Assembly (NCBI GenBank): GCA_041391425.1
Contig: JAWKNZ010000002.1
Coordinates: 3,921 to 67,920 of the forward strand
From: Bdellovibrionota bacterium
GTDB lineage: Bacteria; Bdellovibrionota_B; Oligoflexia; Oligoflexales; JAWKNZ01
Length of the DNA: 64,000 nt
Reading direction: 5' to 3'
The notes beneath the pieces were generated by a model. It saw only the letters and a list, made by a program, of their open reading frames with translations, ran no database searches and had not been told where the DNA came from. This document shows, piece after piece, positions 18,675 through 28,920 of this stretch. Both the position numbers and the translations under genes were made by a program. The stretch's first letter is position 1. Each line of letters opens with the position of its first letter.

Positions 18675-18978
18675 CCTTTAAAGTAACTGCTATCGTGCCT
18701 ACACTTTCATTTACCTCAAAATTTAGAACTACTAATTGTTCAGATATTTGAGCATAGACAATGGATTCAAATAACTCTATTGCCTCACTTGAGTTACCCC
18801 TATAGCTTAAATATTTATGCTGTAATTCTTCCAGAGGATATAACATATCTGGATATATCGTAGTAACTTCTCTTGATGACTCGTGTACATCGATCACAGT
18901 TACAAACGCAAAAGCTTTAACTGATGACACTAAAGACAATAATACAATAATTGTTGATACTAGATTTTTCATATTCAT
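18616..18978 (-). CDS. Small secreted protein, unknown function
   Basis: Signal peptide MNMKNLVSTIIVLLSLVSSVKAFA. 120 aa. Confidence 0.5.
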   Translation of the reverse strand: MNMKNLVSTIIVLLSLVSSVKAFAFVTVIDVHESSREVTTIYPDMLYPLEELQHKYLSYRGNSSEAIELFESIVYAQISEQLVVLNFEVNESVGTIAVTLKVDGYLGSQYYYYIIQQESK

Positions 18979-19102
18979 TTTTCCTTTTATTTTTAAAAAT
19001 AATTACCAATAATTTCAATTAGATTTCATATAATATTCGATTAAAAACTTTTTTATACATCTAAGCTTCATTCCAAAACTGATCTTCTTCATTTTGATAT
19101 TC

Positions 19103-19453
19103 TTAAAATAAATAAACCACAGTTATCTTACCATGTTCAACTTTCATCAAATCGACTCCATCCATTGATATAAACTTGTCTTTGCGACTCGCTGAAAAGT
19201 GAATAGTGGCAGCAACTAAATTTTCATTTGCCATTAATCCTTTTACTTCGTCAATCTTAAACGTACCTCCACTTCGCGATATAAACTCATTAAACAACTT
19301 AAAAACCTGTGCCTTTCCTTCATAGATTCCCGACAAATCCCCACTCCCTGGTTGATTCCATACAATATTCTCGTCAAAAATCTCAGCTAAACCCTCAAGA
19401 TTTCCATCTCTTAAATACTCAAAATAATTTTTAACAACTTCTAATGCTTTCAT
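19103..19453 (-). CDS. SnoaL-like / NTF2-fold protein
   Basis: VVKNYFEYLRDGNLEGLAEIFDENIVWNQPG... is a typical SnoaL_2/NTF2-like N-terminus. Divergent from a LysR regulator. Confidence 0.7.
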   Translation of the reverse strand: MKALEVVKNYFEYLRDGNLEGLAEIFDENIVWNQPGSGDLSGIYEGKAQVFKLFNEFISRSGGTFKIDEVKGLMANENLVAATIHFSASRKDKFISMDGVDLMKVEHGKITVVYLF

Positions 19454-19614
19454 CTTTCTCTCCTTTGTATTTTCGTATAAATGAAAAAATTTTCACTTGA
19501 CCGATAGTTGGCATATAGTGCCTGTTTTTAGGACTCCAATCAGGAGTGGATTGAAATTTGCCAAAAACTAATATATTTTAAAAATTTATAATAAAAATAT
19601 GAGGTATTTATTTT

Positions 19615-20520
19615 ATGAATATAAATAGCATAGACCTTAACCTTCTAATTTCACTAAATAAATTACTTGAGTTAAAAAATGTAAGTGCGGCAGCAAAAGA
19701 GGTTGGTGTTACCCAGCCGGCAATGAGCAATATCTTATCTAGACTAAGAAAAACATTTAACGATGAACTTTTAGTTAAGGTGGGGCGTAAAATGGATTTA
19801 ACACCTAGAGCTAAAGAAATAGTAGTACCATTAAAAAATATTATTCTGGCAATACAATCGCAAATCTTGGGTACAAAAGAATTTGATCCTTATAAAGATA
19901 AATTTCATTTCAAGCTATCATTCCACGACTATGAACAACTTGTAATCCACACAAAGATTTTACCCTTACTAATAAAAAAATATCCAGGAATTTCCATTGA
20001 GCATATTCCACCTAAAAGCATTCATCCAACTGATGATTTGGGATCTAATGCCATCGATTTCTCAACAAGTCCAATCGTTAAAGATCGATCTGGCATTCTA
20101 AGAAAAAGGCTTTTTACAGACAAGTTTGTATGCTTAGCTGATCGTCGAAATAAGATATTGAAATCGCAAAGCTTACAATTAAATATTTATACTCAGCTCG
20201 AACATATTTTTATTGCTCCACACGGAGGAATATCTGGGCAGGCAGATCTGCTATTACAAAAGAAAAAAATGAAACGCACCATAAGAATGTCTATAACAGA
20301 ATTCTCTATTGCCCCTTGGCTTATACTGGGAACTGATCTTATTGTAACTCTACCCGAAAGAGCAGCCATGACAGCCTCAACACAACATAAAGATCTGATT
20401 ATTCACGAATGCCCGCTGAATATTGATCCTGTGAATATTTATCTAAGTTGGCATGAACGTCTGAACAATAGCAGTCCACATAAGTGGCTTAAACAGCTAA
20501 TTATCGATACATTAAATTAA
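19615..20520 (+). CDS. LysR family transcriptional regulator
   Basis: N-terminal LysR HTH (IDLNLLISLNKLLELKNVSAAAKEVGVTQPAMSNILSRLRK) with a substrate-binding domain of normal length. Confidence 0.9.
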   Translation: MNINSIDLNLLISLNKLLELKNVSAAAKEVGVTQPAMSNILSRLRKTFNDELLVKVGRKMDLTPRAKEIVVPLKNIILAIQSQILGTKEFDPYKDKFHFKLSFHDYEQLVIHTKILPLLIKKYPGISIEHIPPKSIHPTDDLGSNAIDFSTSPIVKDRSGILRKRLFTDKFVCLADRRNKILKSQSLQLNIYTQLEHIFIAPHGGISGQADLLLQKKKMKRTIRMSITEFSIAPWLILGTDLIVTLPERAAMTASTQHKDLIIHECPLNIDPVNIYLSWHERLNNSSPHKWLKQLIIDTLN

Positions 20521-20664
20521 GAAACATTCTTGGTTATATTTTTTTAGCAACGGCGACAAAAATCAAAATTATATGAACTTTATAAATAAATTAAACCTAG
20601 CTATTGTTCTCAATAATATATCTTGATAAAAGACGTTATAAATACACGTAAATAGGAAATAAAA

Positions 20665-21531
20665 ATGAAAATTTTAGTTATTGGAGGGAATAGATTTTTT
20701 GGTAAAAGACTAGTCCAAAACCTATTAAAACAAGGCCATGATATCACCTTATTAAACAGAGGCCATACTGACGATGGATTTGGGCAACAGATAAGACGGT
20801 TACAATGTGATCGCACCGAAAAAGCTCAATTAGAGAAAATCACCCATAACCTCCATTGGGACATAGTTTACGACCAAGTTTGTTATGACTATAGAACAGC
20901 CAAAGATGCCTGCGAAGTTTTTAATGAAAAAACCAATTCTTATATCTTCACATCATCACAAAGTGTTTATAATGCGGGTAAAAACCTAAAAGAAACCGAT
21001 TTCAACCCCAAAGACCATAACTTCGAAAGAGAAGAGATACAGCATAATGATTATGCAGAAGCAAAAAGACAGGCTGAGGTTGGATTCTATAAATACAGTA
21101 AATTTGATGTCACATACGCAAGGTTTCCAATCGTTGTCGGATTGGACGACTATACACAAAGATTCAAATTCCATGTCGACCGAATTAAAATGGAAAAACC
21201 AATTTATTTCCCAAATATTGAAGCACAAATTTCATTTGTTACTTCAGAGTTTGCGGCTCACATTCTATCCTCAATGTCGGTAAAGCCAATTAAAGGCGCT
21301 ATAAATATCGCTAGCCCAAAACCTATTTCTTTGCTTGATTTCATAAAAACTATAGAAAAATTTGTTGATAAGAAAATGATTTCAACGCCGGATGCGACGG
21401 AAGAAAACCAATCTCCTTACGGAATCCATGAAGATTGGTTTATGAATTGCGACCGTTTAAACGAATTTGGTGAAAATGCAAGTGAAATAATTAAATGGCT
21501 TCCGGAACTTCTAAAACAATATTTGAACTAA
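20665..21531 (+). CDS. NAD-dependent epimerase/dehydratase (extended SDR)
   Basis: Rossmann motif MKILVIGGNRFFGKRLV. 288 aa. Confidence 0.8.
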   Translation: MKILVIGGNRFFGKRLVQNLLKQGHDITLLNRGHTDDGFGQQIRRLQCDRTEKAQLEKITHNLHWDIVYDQVCYDYRTAKDACEVFNEKTNSYIFTSSQSVYNAGKNLKETDFNPKDHNFEREEIQHNDYAEAKRQAEVGFYKYSKFDVTYARFPIVVGLDDYTQRFKFHVDRIKMEKPIYFPNIEAQISFVTSEFAAHILSSMSVKPIKGAINIASPKPISLLDFIKTIEKFVDKKMISTPDATEENQSPYGIHEDWFMNCDRLNEFGENASEIIKWLPELLKQYLN

Positions 21532-21665
21532 CCCATGGTGATAGAGAAGCATTTTAGAAACTGTATGTTTGGTTGAGATGAGCGTACATTATACTTCATC
21601 AAGCTAACAATTTTTAAAATGCGTTTCAAATCTACTAAAAGCATACATTAATTTAACAACTAAAC

Positions 21666-22019
21666 CTAACGACAAAAAACAGATTCCCACTCTTCTTTTT
21701 TAAAACCGACCAAACCAAAAGTCTGAGTAAGAATAAAAGGACGCTTCACTAATTTGCCATTCTCAGAAAGCAAATCGATTGCTTCATCTAGATCCATAGA
21801 TTTTAACTTATCTGCAATCTTCATTTCTCTATACAAAACTCCAGATGTATTAAAAAGTTTTTTCAAGTTACCATCATAAAACTTAAGCATTTTACGTAAA
21901 TCAGATTTTGATGGTGGATTTTCTGTAATATCGATTGGCTTAACATCTACCTCTATAGATTTTAAAAACTGGCTTGCTTTTGTACATGTGCTACATTTTT
22001 TATATGAATAGAACTTCAA
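21666..22019 (-). CDS. ArsC/Spx-family (YffB-like) thioredoxin-fold protein
   Basis: MKFYSYKKCSTCTKA...GKLVKRPFIL is the ArsC-family pattern. TTG start. Confidence 0.8.
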   Translation of the reverse strand: MKFYSYKKCSTCTKASQFLKSIEVDVKPIDITENPPSKSDLRKMLKFYDGNLKKLFNTSGVLYREMKIADKLKSMDLDEAIDLLSENGKLVKRPFILTQTFGLVGFKKEEWESVFCR

Positions 22020-22164
22020 CTTTATAATATCCTTCCTACGCCTTCTAAAGACCTATATAATAGCCAAGTGATAAATTAACTTTGTCACAGAAAGTACAAC
22101 CAAATCGTTATCAAATTCAAGTATGAATTATTCTATAAATACTAATTGAAGCGAGCTTAGAAAA

Positions 22165-23538
22165 ATGAATGTAAATAATAAAAAAATTCTACTCATAGGT
22201 GGCAGCGGATTTTTGGGAAGCGAGTTAGGCATATCCCTCGTAAGTAATGGATATAAAATAAATATACTAGGTCGGCATCACGCTAAAAAACATATGCTCC
22301 CATTTCCATTCAAAAGCTTTACTTGGGAAAAAGATGGATCAATACCCAATTCAGCTATGGAAGATGTCGATATTATAATCAACCTTGCCGGCGAAAGTAT
22401 TGCCAGCGGTAGATGGACGAAAAAAAAGAAAAAAGCCATAAAACAATCTCGCATTAATGCCACAACCGCAGTAGTTAACACTGCTAATCACCATAAAATT
22501 CGCATACTTATTCAAGCTTCCGCAATTGGAATCTATGGAGACACAGGCGCTACCCCTCACTCAGAAGAAGATCAACCAGGCGAAGGTTTTTTAGCTGAAA
22601 CTGTCATCGATTGGGAACAACCCCTGACCAACCTTAATAAAGACATTCGTTTAGTAACACTTCGATTTGGTGTTATCTTAGGAACTACAGGTGGCGCTTT
22701 TATAGAGCTTCTCAATCTTTACGCTACGGGCTTAGGAGCTAATATTGGACGAGGAGATCACTTCTTTAGCTGGATCCATATACAAGATGTCTGCCGTTTT
22801 ATCAAAAGGTCAATAAAAGATAAAAATATATTTGGGATCTATAATCTTACTGCTCCAAATCCAATCATATATAAAAACTTGCATGTGAGTTTAAGCAAGT
22901 ATTTTGGAGGGTTTTCTTGGATATCAATTCCAAAATTAATCATTGCTATAGGCCTTGGAGAAAAATCAAAGATTCTGCTTGATAGCCAGAATGTCATTTC
23001 CATAAAAATGGTAAAGCATGATTTCAAATTCAAATTTAATACCTTTGAAGATTGTCTCAATGATCTAATCGACCGAAAAAATGATAATGGCTTTATTTTC
23101 CATAGAAAACAGTGGTTACCAAAAACAAAAGATGACGTTTGGAACTTTTTTACTATACAATCAAATATAAAAAAAATAGTCCCTACATGGATAGATATAG
23201 CTTTTAAAAATGACTCATCAAGACAAACTCCAACTGAAATTACCTGCCGACTTAACAAATTGATTAAAGTTAAAATTTTTTCTTCAAGAAATTTCGAAAT
23301 TGCCCAAGAAAAGCAATTGAAAATAAACCAGTCAAAAGGCATTTGTAAAACAATGAGACAAAGCTATTCCTTTGAAGAGTTAGCTGATGGTACCATCATT
23401 GATATTTCGATAGTGTATAAATTCCGCTACCATACTATTGGTAATGTTCTGGGGTTTCCTATTTTAAGCCATCTTCTCAATACAGCCTTCAACTTTGAAA
23501 GACAAAAAACAGAAGAAATATTGTCTGTAGATATTTAA
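22165..23538 (+). CDS. TIGR01777/YfcH-like SDR epimerase fused to a C-terminal SRPBCC (START/cyclase-like) domain
   Basis: N-terminal ILLIGGSGFLGSELG Rossmann motif and ~300-aa epimerase-like body. The C-terminal ~150 aa (KDDVWNFF ... QSYSFEELADGTIIDISIVYKF...LG) fits the SRPBCC pattern. Confidence 0.7.
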   Translation: MNVNNKKILLIGGSGFLGSELGISLVSNGYKINILGRHHAKKHMLPFPFKSFTWEKDGSIPNSAMEDVDIIINLAGESIASGRWTKKKKKAIKQSRINATTAVVNTANHHKIRILIQASAIGIYGDTGATPHSEEDQPGEGFLAETVIDWEQPLTNLNKDIRLVTLRFGVILGTTGGAFIELLNLYATGLGANIGRGDHFFSWIHIQDVCRFIKRSIKDKNIFGIYNLTAPNPIIYKNLHVSLSKYFGGFSWISIPKLIIAIGLGEKSKILLDSQNVISIKMVKHDFKFKFNTFEDCLNDLIDRKNDNGFIFHRKQWLPKTKDDVWNFFTIQSNIKKIVPTWIDIAFKNDSSRQTPTEITCRLNKLIKVKIFSSRNFEIAQEKQLKINQSKGICKTMRQSYSFEELADGTIIDISIVYKFRYHTIGNVLGFPILSHLLNTAFNFERQKTEEILSVDI

Positions 23539-23677
23539 GTATTCGATTTTTTATATAAAAATTCTACTCCAAGAATACCAACCTTTGCAATGCAACCTTG
23601 CTTATTAGCATTGTCCATGTTCTAATCATCGCTATCGATGTTTTGTATTTATAATTACTGAAAACTGGAGCCATATA

Positions 23678-24136
23678 ATGAAAAAGCCATCAATAATAGC
23701 TGCTATTATCCTTGGTCTTTTAGTGAGCCAATCTGTATCCGCATCTTGGCATGCTGAAATCATATCAAAAGAAACAGCTACTGACCCTGAGGGAATTGTA
23801 AAAATATTGCTACAAAATATTGACAAATTTCAAGATGATCTCAATAAGGCTACTGCCATGTCCCTTGTCGGCATAAAGACAGCAGAATTATGGATAGAGG
23901 CTAGCGTAACTCATTATCGCTATACTTGGGTTGGTAATACAATTTGCACCCCTGATGATCCCAGACTCGAAGTTATGGAAAAAACTTCATCAATATGTAC
24001 AATTAAAGGTAATAAAGAAATATGTATAGCTGAAGGTGTTTTACTTCCTATAGAAGACCCATGCAGTGAAAACACAAAGAAGCCTTATACCCTTAGAAAA
24101 GAAGAAACCATCAAGTCTATAAATCTCAACAACTAA
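23678..24136 (+). CDS. Secreted protein, unknown function
   Basis: Signal peptide MKKPSIIAAIILGLLVSQSVSASW. Cys-containing mature region. Confidence 0.55.
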   Translation: MKKPSIIAAIILGLLVSQSVSASWHAEIISKETATDPEGIVKILLQNIDKFQDDLNKATAMSLVGIKTAELWIEASVTHYRYTWVGNTICTPDDPRLEVMEKTSSICTIKGNKEICIAEGVLLPIEDPCSENTKKPYTLRKEETIKSINLNN

Positions 24137-24221
24137 GAAATAGCAGCTATATTAAAAAGCTAGTTTTAAAAGAAACACTACACTAAAAGCGTATTGATAG
24201 CCCTTGCTGCTTTCCCTCTAA

Positions 24222-25781
24222 TTACAATAAAGCAGCATTAGTAGCTTTCGCAAGATCACGGTCACTCTTTGGTAGATTAATGAGTCCACGCTCAGATTTA
24301 CGCCAGGCAAAATGCAGCCTAGAGCTATCAATATTCATCTCACCCCCTGCTCGCTTACGGAGCTCAACTTGAGAAAGGATAAGATCCATACATGCATAGT
24401 CAATATAAAAAATTCTATTAAACTCAATACTAACCTTTGCCTTTAAAGGAATCTGTTCCAACTCACTAGCTAATCTGGGTAAAGTCAAAAATGTTGCCGC
24501 CCCTTTCAATCGCACATGGACGACCCCATCTTCATCTGTCTTTACTTTAATTCTAAGATTAGAAAACAGCATTAATAATCTAACAAGTGAAACAGCAATC
24601 CCAATCAAAACCCCGGAAAGAAGATCTGTAAGGACTATTCCTATCACAGTAATAAAATAGATACTAACTGTCGACCTTCCATAATTAGCTAAAGTTTTTA
24701 CAATTGCAGGATTGACCAATTTAGCACCTGTGTAAAGTAATATTGCAGCCAAAGCAGCCATTGGAATAAAACTTAAAAGGCTTGGAACAAGTATTACAAA
24801 AACGAGCAACCAGATACCATGTAAGACAGTAGAAAATCTACTCTTCGCGTTTGCATTTACATTAGCACTACTACGAACAATCACACCTGTCATCGGAAGT
24901 ACGCCGACAAGCCCACATAAAGTATTTCCTATTCCTTGTGCTATCAATTCCTTATTATAGCGAACCTCGGCATCATAGCGCATTTTTTTTAATGCTGAAG
25001 CACTCAATAAAGTTTCGGCACTTGCAATAATAGCAAGGCCAAAAGCACTAGTTAGTAATGCTGAGTCTAATAATAATTTCCAATCCGCTAAAGTAGGGAT
25101 ATTTAAACTATCGACAAATGAACTAGGTACTTTCACATAATCTACTGGCAGTTCCAAAACAAAACACACAATAGTAACAAATAAAATAGAAATCAATGAA
25201 GCCGGTAATGATTTCAACTTAGCCGGCCGATACCTTTCCCAGCCCACGATTAATGCTAAGGTAACAAAACTAACAATCCCCGCATATGCTTTGTCATAAT
25301 TCTCAGAAAAAAAAGTACTTTTAATCACTTGCGGAAGTAGTATCAAATTCTGTAATGGCGCACCACCAGGCTTCGAATCAAATGCAATATGTATTTGGCT
25401 CGTTAAGATCAACACCCCAATTCCAGAAAGCATCCCATAAATAATAGCAGGATTTACAGCGCGAAACCATTGGCCAATCCTCGCTGTTCCTGCCGCAACT
25501 TGCAAAAGTCCAGCAAGAAAAACAACCGGCCCTAATGCAACCAAGCCATATTCAGAAATAACTTGATAAACAAGAACAGTTAAACCTGCTGCAGGCCCGC
25601 TAACTTGTAAAGGCGCCCCTGAGATCAAGCCAGTAACAATCCCACCAATAATTCCAGTAACAAGACCGAGCTCGGGCGGAACACCGGAGGCTATTGCAAT
25701 ACCCATACATAAAGGCAAAGCTACTAAAAAGACAACAAAAGACGCAGGAATATCCTGGAGAAACTTACCAAAGCTACCCAT
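24222..25781 (-). CDS. SulP-family anion transporter with C-terminal STAS domain
   Basis: Multi-TM SulP core (GIAIASGVPPELGLVTGIIGGIV...) and a STAS-like tail. Located 27 nt downstream of the carbonic anhydrase gene. Confidence 0.9.
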   Translation of the reverse strand: MGSFGKFLQDIPASFVVFLVALPLCMGIAIASGVPPELGLVTGIIGGIVTGLISGAPLQVSGPAAGLTVLVYQVISEYGLVALGPVVFLAGLLQVAAGTARIGQWFRAVNPAIIYGMLSGIGVLILTSQIHIAFDSKPGGAPLQNLILLPQVIKSTFFSENYDKAYAGIVSFVTLALIVGWERYRPAKLKSLPASLISILFVTIVCFVLELPVDYVKVPSSFVDSLNIPTLADWKLLLDSALLTSAFGLAIIASAETLLSASALKKMRYDAEVRYNKELIAQGIGNTLCGLVGVLPMTGVIVRSSANVNANAKSRFSTVLHGIWLLVFVILVPSLLSFIPMAALAAILLYTGAKLVNPAIVKTLANYGRSTVSIYFITVIGIVLTDLLSGVLIGIAVSLVRLLMLFSNLRIKVKTDEDGVVHVRLKGAATFLTLPRLASELEQIPLKAKVSIEFNRIFYIDYACMDLILSQVELRKRAGGEMNIDSSRLHFAWRKSERGLINLPKSDRDLAKATNAALL

Positions 25782-25808
25782 TAACCATACTCTCCAAATT
25801 TTAAAAAA

Positions 25809-26405
25809 TTATGCGCGAGAATTTAACCATTCCAAAGATACTTCACCCATATCAAAAAAGGCAGGTACAACAATAAAACTTCCGTCATGGACTTTTTCTC
25901 TAATAACAGTACTACTAGAAAGAATTTCTCTTGCCATTGACTTCACATGCTCTTTTATAGCCTGCGATAAATATTCTTCTGTGGACAAAGACTGAAATTT
26001 TTTAGCAGCTATAGAAACACTTGGCTCTATGCAGCTAACAAGCTTTTCGAGCGCATCAGTAGGAGGTACATTGTTTTCATGAACACACTTTAATGTTTCA
26101 GAAACAGCACCACAACCGGAATGACCCATAACAATACAATTTGAAACATTTAAGGCAGTCGCTGCATATTCAATCGATGCAACTACATGGGAATCTATAA
26201 CATTCCCTGCCACTCTGATCACAAATAACTGACCTATATCGGCCTCAAAAATTATTTCTGGTGCCACTCTTGAGTCACTACATGTTACAACGATCGACTT
26301 TGGTTGTTGCCCATCTCTTACAAGCTTCTTCAACAGAAGAGCCTGCTTAGATGATGCAAAAGAATCAAAACCTTTAGTAATTCCTAAATCAATTAAAGCA
26401 CCCAT
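25809..26405 (-). CDS. Beta-class carbonic anhydrase
   Basis: Zinc-ligand motifs CSDSRV and HSGCGA. Confidence 0.85.
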   Translation of the reverse strand: MGALIDLGITKGFDSFASSKQALLLKKLVRDGQQPKSIVVTCSDSRVAPEIIFEADIGQLFVIRVAGNVIDSHVVASIEYAATALNVSNCIVMGHSGCGAVSETLKCVHENNVPPTDALEKLVSCIEPSVSIAAKKFQSLSTEEYLSQAIKEHVKSMAREILSSSTVIREKVHDGSFIVVPAFFDMGEVSLEWLNSRA

Positions 26406-26789
26406 AAAACCTCATATACTGATAAATTCGTACGTCACAAGTGTGACTCGATGCCACTTTGACATCAAATAGATAAATTGGCCTGAATTTATAGATTTTA
26501 TAGATGATCAATGCAGAAATTAAGAATTTTTTAAAAATTAAAGTTAGTTATACTAAATTACATTTTTCTATTAGGACTTTCTAATAATTACATTTTCATA
26601 CCTTAACCAGCGGTATTAAAATATAAATATTTAATTTTAAAGTATTTTTTCAATATTGGAGATTATTTAACATTGAGTCAATTTGCATCACTCTCAATAT
26701 TAAATATAGACATTTAGCTATTTAAAAATATAATGGTATCGTTTTTTTCTAATAATAATTGCTTATAGAAATCTAAGGAAAAAGCTTAA

Positions 26790-27683
26790 ATGCAGTGGCT
26801 CAACTATCATCATTTATATTATTTTTACGTTATAGCCTGCGAAGGCGGCATTACCGAAGCCACCAAAAAGCTTCGCTTAGCTCAATCTACACTCAGCACC
26901 CAATTAAAAAAATTTGAAGATATTATCGGCTATAGCCTCTTCGAACGCAAAAATCGCAAACTCACGTTAACCGATGTTGGTAAGAGAGTATTTGAATATG
27001 CTCACGAAATATTTTCGCTCGGCGAAGAACTAAGAAACTCTTTAGTGAGCTTTGAAGATTCTCTAAAAGATTCCATTACGCTGGGAATTATGGATTCAAT
27101 TCCTAAAAAGTTAGGCCGCAAAATTGTCGACTTAATAACAAAAGAGCACGGCCGAAACACCACCATAACAATAATTGAAGAGTCACTTCCAACCTTATGC
27201 ACAAAACTTGAAAATCATAAAATCGACTTGATATTAGCAAATGATAAACCGCCCAATGATGATCAAACTTCAAAATTTTATCATAAGTTAGTAGGAGAAC
27301 TGCAGGTAGATTTTGTCACGACCTCGTCACTACTTGAGCTGAGAAAAGATTATCCTAGATCATTAAATGACAAACCGATGATAATGCCAGGGAAAAACAG
27401 CCAGCTACGAAATGAAGTAATAGATTATCTTAGAATAAAGCACCTCCAGCCTAGAATTATTGCAGAGGTCGACGACTTAGAGCTACAAAAAATGCTTGTA
27501 ATAGATGGGCATGGATTTACAGCTCTACCACTTATGGCAGCCGAAGAAGAACTTAGGTCAGGAAAGCTAGTCCGATTAAGTGAAACACCTATTTGCCATG
27601 AAAATCTTTGGCTCATTTCAGCCCACCGGCTCGTCAATAATCCAATTTCGAAGATGCTGTTCAATACCTTTAGATCACATTAA
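26790..27683 (+). CDS. LysR family transcriptional regulator
   Basis: LysR HTH LNYHHLYYFYVIACEGGITEATKKLRLAQSTLSTQLKKFE. Divergent from the CA-SulP operon across a 384-nt AT-rich spacer. Confidence 0.9.
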   Translation: MQWLNYHHLYYFYVIACEGGITEATKKLRLAQSTLSTQLKKFEDIIGYSLFERKNRKLTLTDVGKRVFEYAHEIFSLGEELRNSLVSFEDSLKDSITLGIMDSIPKKLGRKIVDLITKEHGRNTTITIIEESLPTLCTKLENHKIDLILANDKPPNDDQTSKFYHKLVGELQVDFVTTSSLLELRKDYPRSLNDKPMIMPGKNSQLRNEVIDYLRIKHLQPRIIAEVDDLELQKMLVIDGHGFTALPLMAAEEELRSGKLVRLSETPICHENLWLISAHRLVNNPISKMLFNTFRSH

Positions 27684-27684
27684 G

Positions 27685-27709
27685 ACTATATACGTTGATA
27701 TATAGTTTT
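27685..27709. terminator. Candidate bidirectional intrinsic terminator between convergent genes
   Basis: Hairpin actatata-cgttga-tatatagt followed by TTTT, then an A-run. The stem is all A/T, so it is weak. Confidence 0.4.
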
Positions 27710-27728
27710 AAAAAAATAATTCAAAAAA

Positions 27729-28484
27729 TTAAAAAACACCATTTTCGTTAGGAACTTCTCTCTCAATAAACTGACCCACATCCCATAGTTCGATAACCTT
27801 ATCTTCCTCAAACCTAAAAATATGGATAACGGCAATATTTTTTTCATCTGGGTTCTGCCGTGAAACTAAAGAATGGGTTATAACCGTATCGTTATCTTCA
27901 TAAGACCTCTTTATCTCTATAGATTTATTTGGACTTATTCTATGCGCCTCCTCCATAGCTTCCATTAAAGATTGACGATCCCCTTTAAAGTATTGATTAT
28001 GATGGATAAAGTTAGACGCAATAAATCTATCATAAGCAACTTTAATATTTCCGGAACCTGCCATTTTTAAAAATGATTCGGCAATTTCTTTTTTTTGCAT
28101 CCTAACTCTCCATACTTCCATCTTCACAACAGGTCTGAATCCACCCCAAATCATTCTTTTAGTATCAAATGGCGCATCTTTAGGGTTCATTTCAAACATC
28201 TCTTTCAATCTTGGATCCTTCATTACTTTTGCATTGACTCGATCTCTTTGAGCTCTAGATTTGAAAGTAATGTAGGAAAAGAAAACAACTTCATTTCGTT
28301 TAAGCTTCACAGCCTGAGGAAATGAAGTAATTTTACCTTTTTTTACATCATCTTCCATACACTCATAAAAACCCAAGGCACCATGTTCCAGCCAAACCTT
28401 ACCACACCTCCTGGCCATTTTTTTATAATCATTAACTTTATTTTTTGGCACAGCAATAACAAATCCATCTACATAGCCAGACAT
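27729..28484 (-). CDS. DUF1428 domain fused to SnoaL-like (NTF2-fold) domain
   Basis: N-terminal MSGYVDGFVIAVPKNKVNDYKKMARRCGKVWLEHGALGFYEC is DUF1428. The C-terminal ...NFIHHNQYFKGDRQSLMEAMEE...IHIFRFEEDKVIELWDVGQ is SnoaL-like. Confidence 0.7.
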   Translation of the reverse strand: MSGYVDGFVIAVPKNKVNDYKKMARRCGKVWLEHGALGFYECMEDDVKKGKITSFPQAVKLKRNEVVFFSYITFKSRAQRDRVNAKVMKDPRLKEMFEMNPKDAPFDTKRMIWGGFRPVVKMEVWRVRMQKKEIAESFLKMAGSGNIKVAYDRFIASNFIHHNQYFKGDRQSLMEAMEEAHRISPNKSIEIKRSYEDNDTVITHSLVSRQNPDEKNIAVIHIFRFEEDKVIELWDVGQFIEREVPNENGVF

Positions 28485-28497
28485 ATTAACCTCATTT

Positions 28498-28920
28498 CTA
28501 GGACTTCAAAGGATAGTTCAACATCCAATAGATACCAAATTTATCAATAACAATACCAAAACGAGCGCCCCAAAAAGTATCACCCAATGGCATGATGGCA
28601 TCTCCACCTACACTTAAACTATTAAACAGCTTATCTATTTCATCTACCGATTCACAATTAATACATAGATGAATATTATCGCCCTTCTTAGGCTCCCCTT
28701 GAGGAATATCAGCGCCCATTAAATTAAAAGATCCATTGGTAAGACTACAATGCATAGCCTTTCCTTTCATCGCGCTCTTGTTTATGTTATCGCCACAAGA
28801 ATCCTCTGGAACATCGTCCCAAGGCATTATTTCCAATTTACCGCCAAAAATTCCTTGGTAGAAGCTCATAGCTTCTCTACAATTTCCATTAAAAGAAAGG
28901 TATGGTATCAATTCTTTCAT
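28498..28920 (-). CDS. PhnB-like VOC-superfamily protein
   Basis: IPYLSFNGNCREAMSFYQGIFGG...DKFGIYWML is the PhnB/3-demethylubiquinone methyltransferase-like domain pattern. Confidence 0.8.
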   Translation of the reverse strand: MKELIPYLSFNGNCREAMSFYQGIFGGKLEIMPWDDVPEDSCGDNINKSAMKGKAMHCSLTNGSFNLMGADIPQGEPKKGDNIHLCINCESVDEIDKLFNSLSVGGDAIMPLGDTFWGARFGIVIDKFGIYWMLNYPLKS

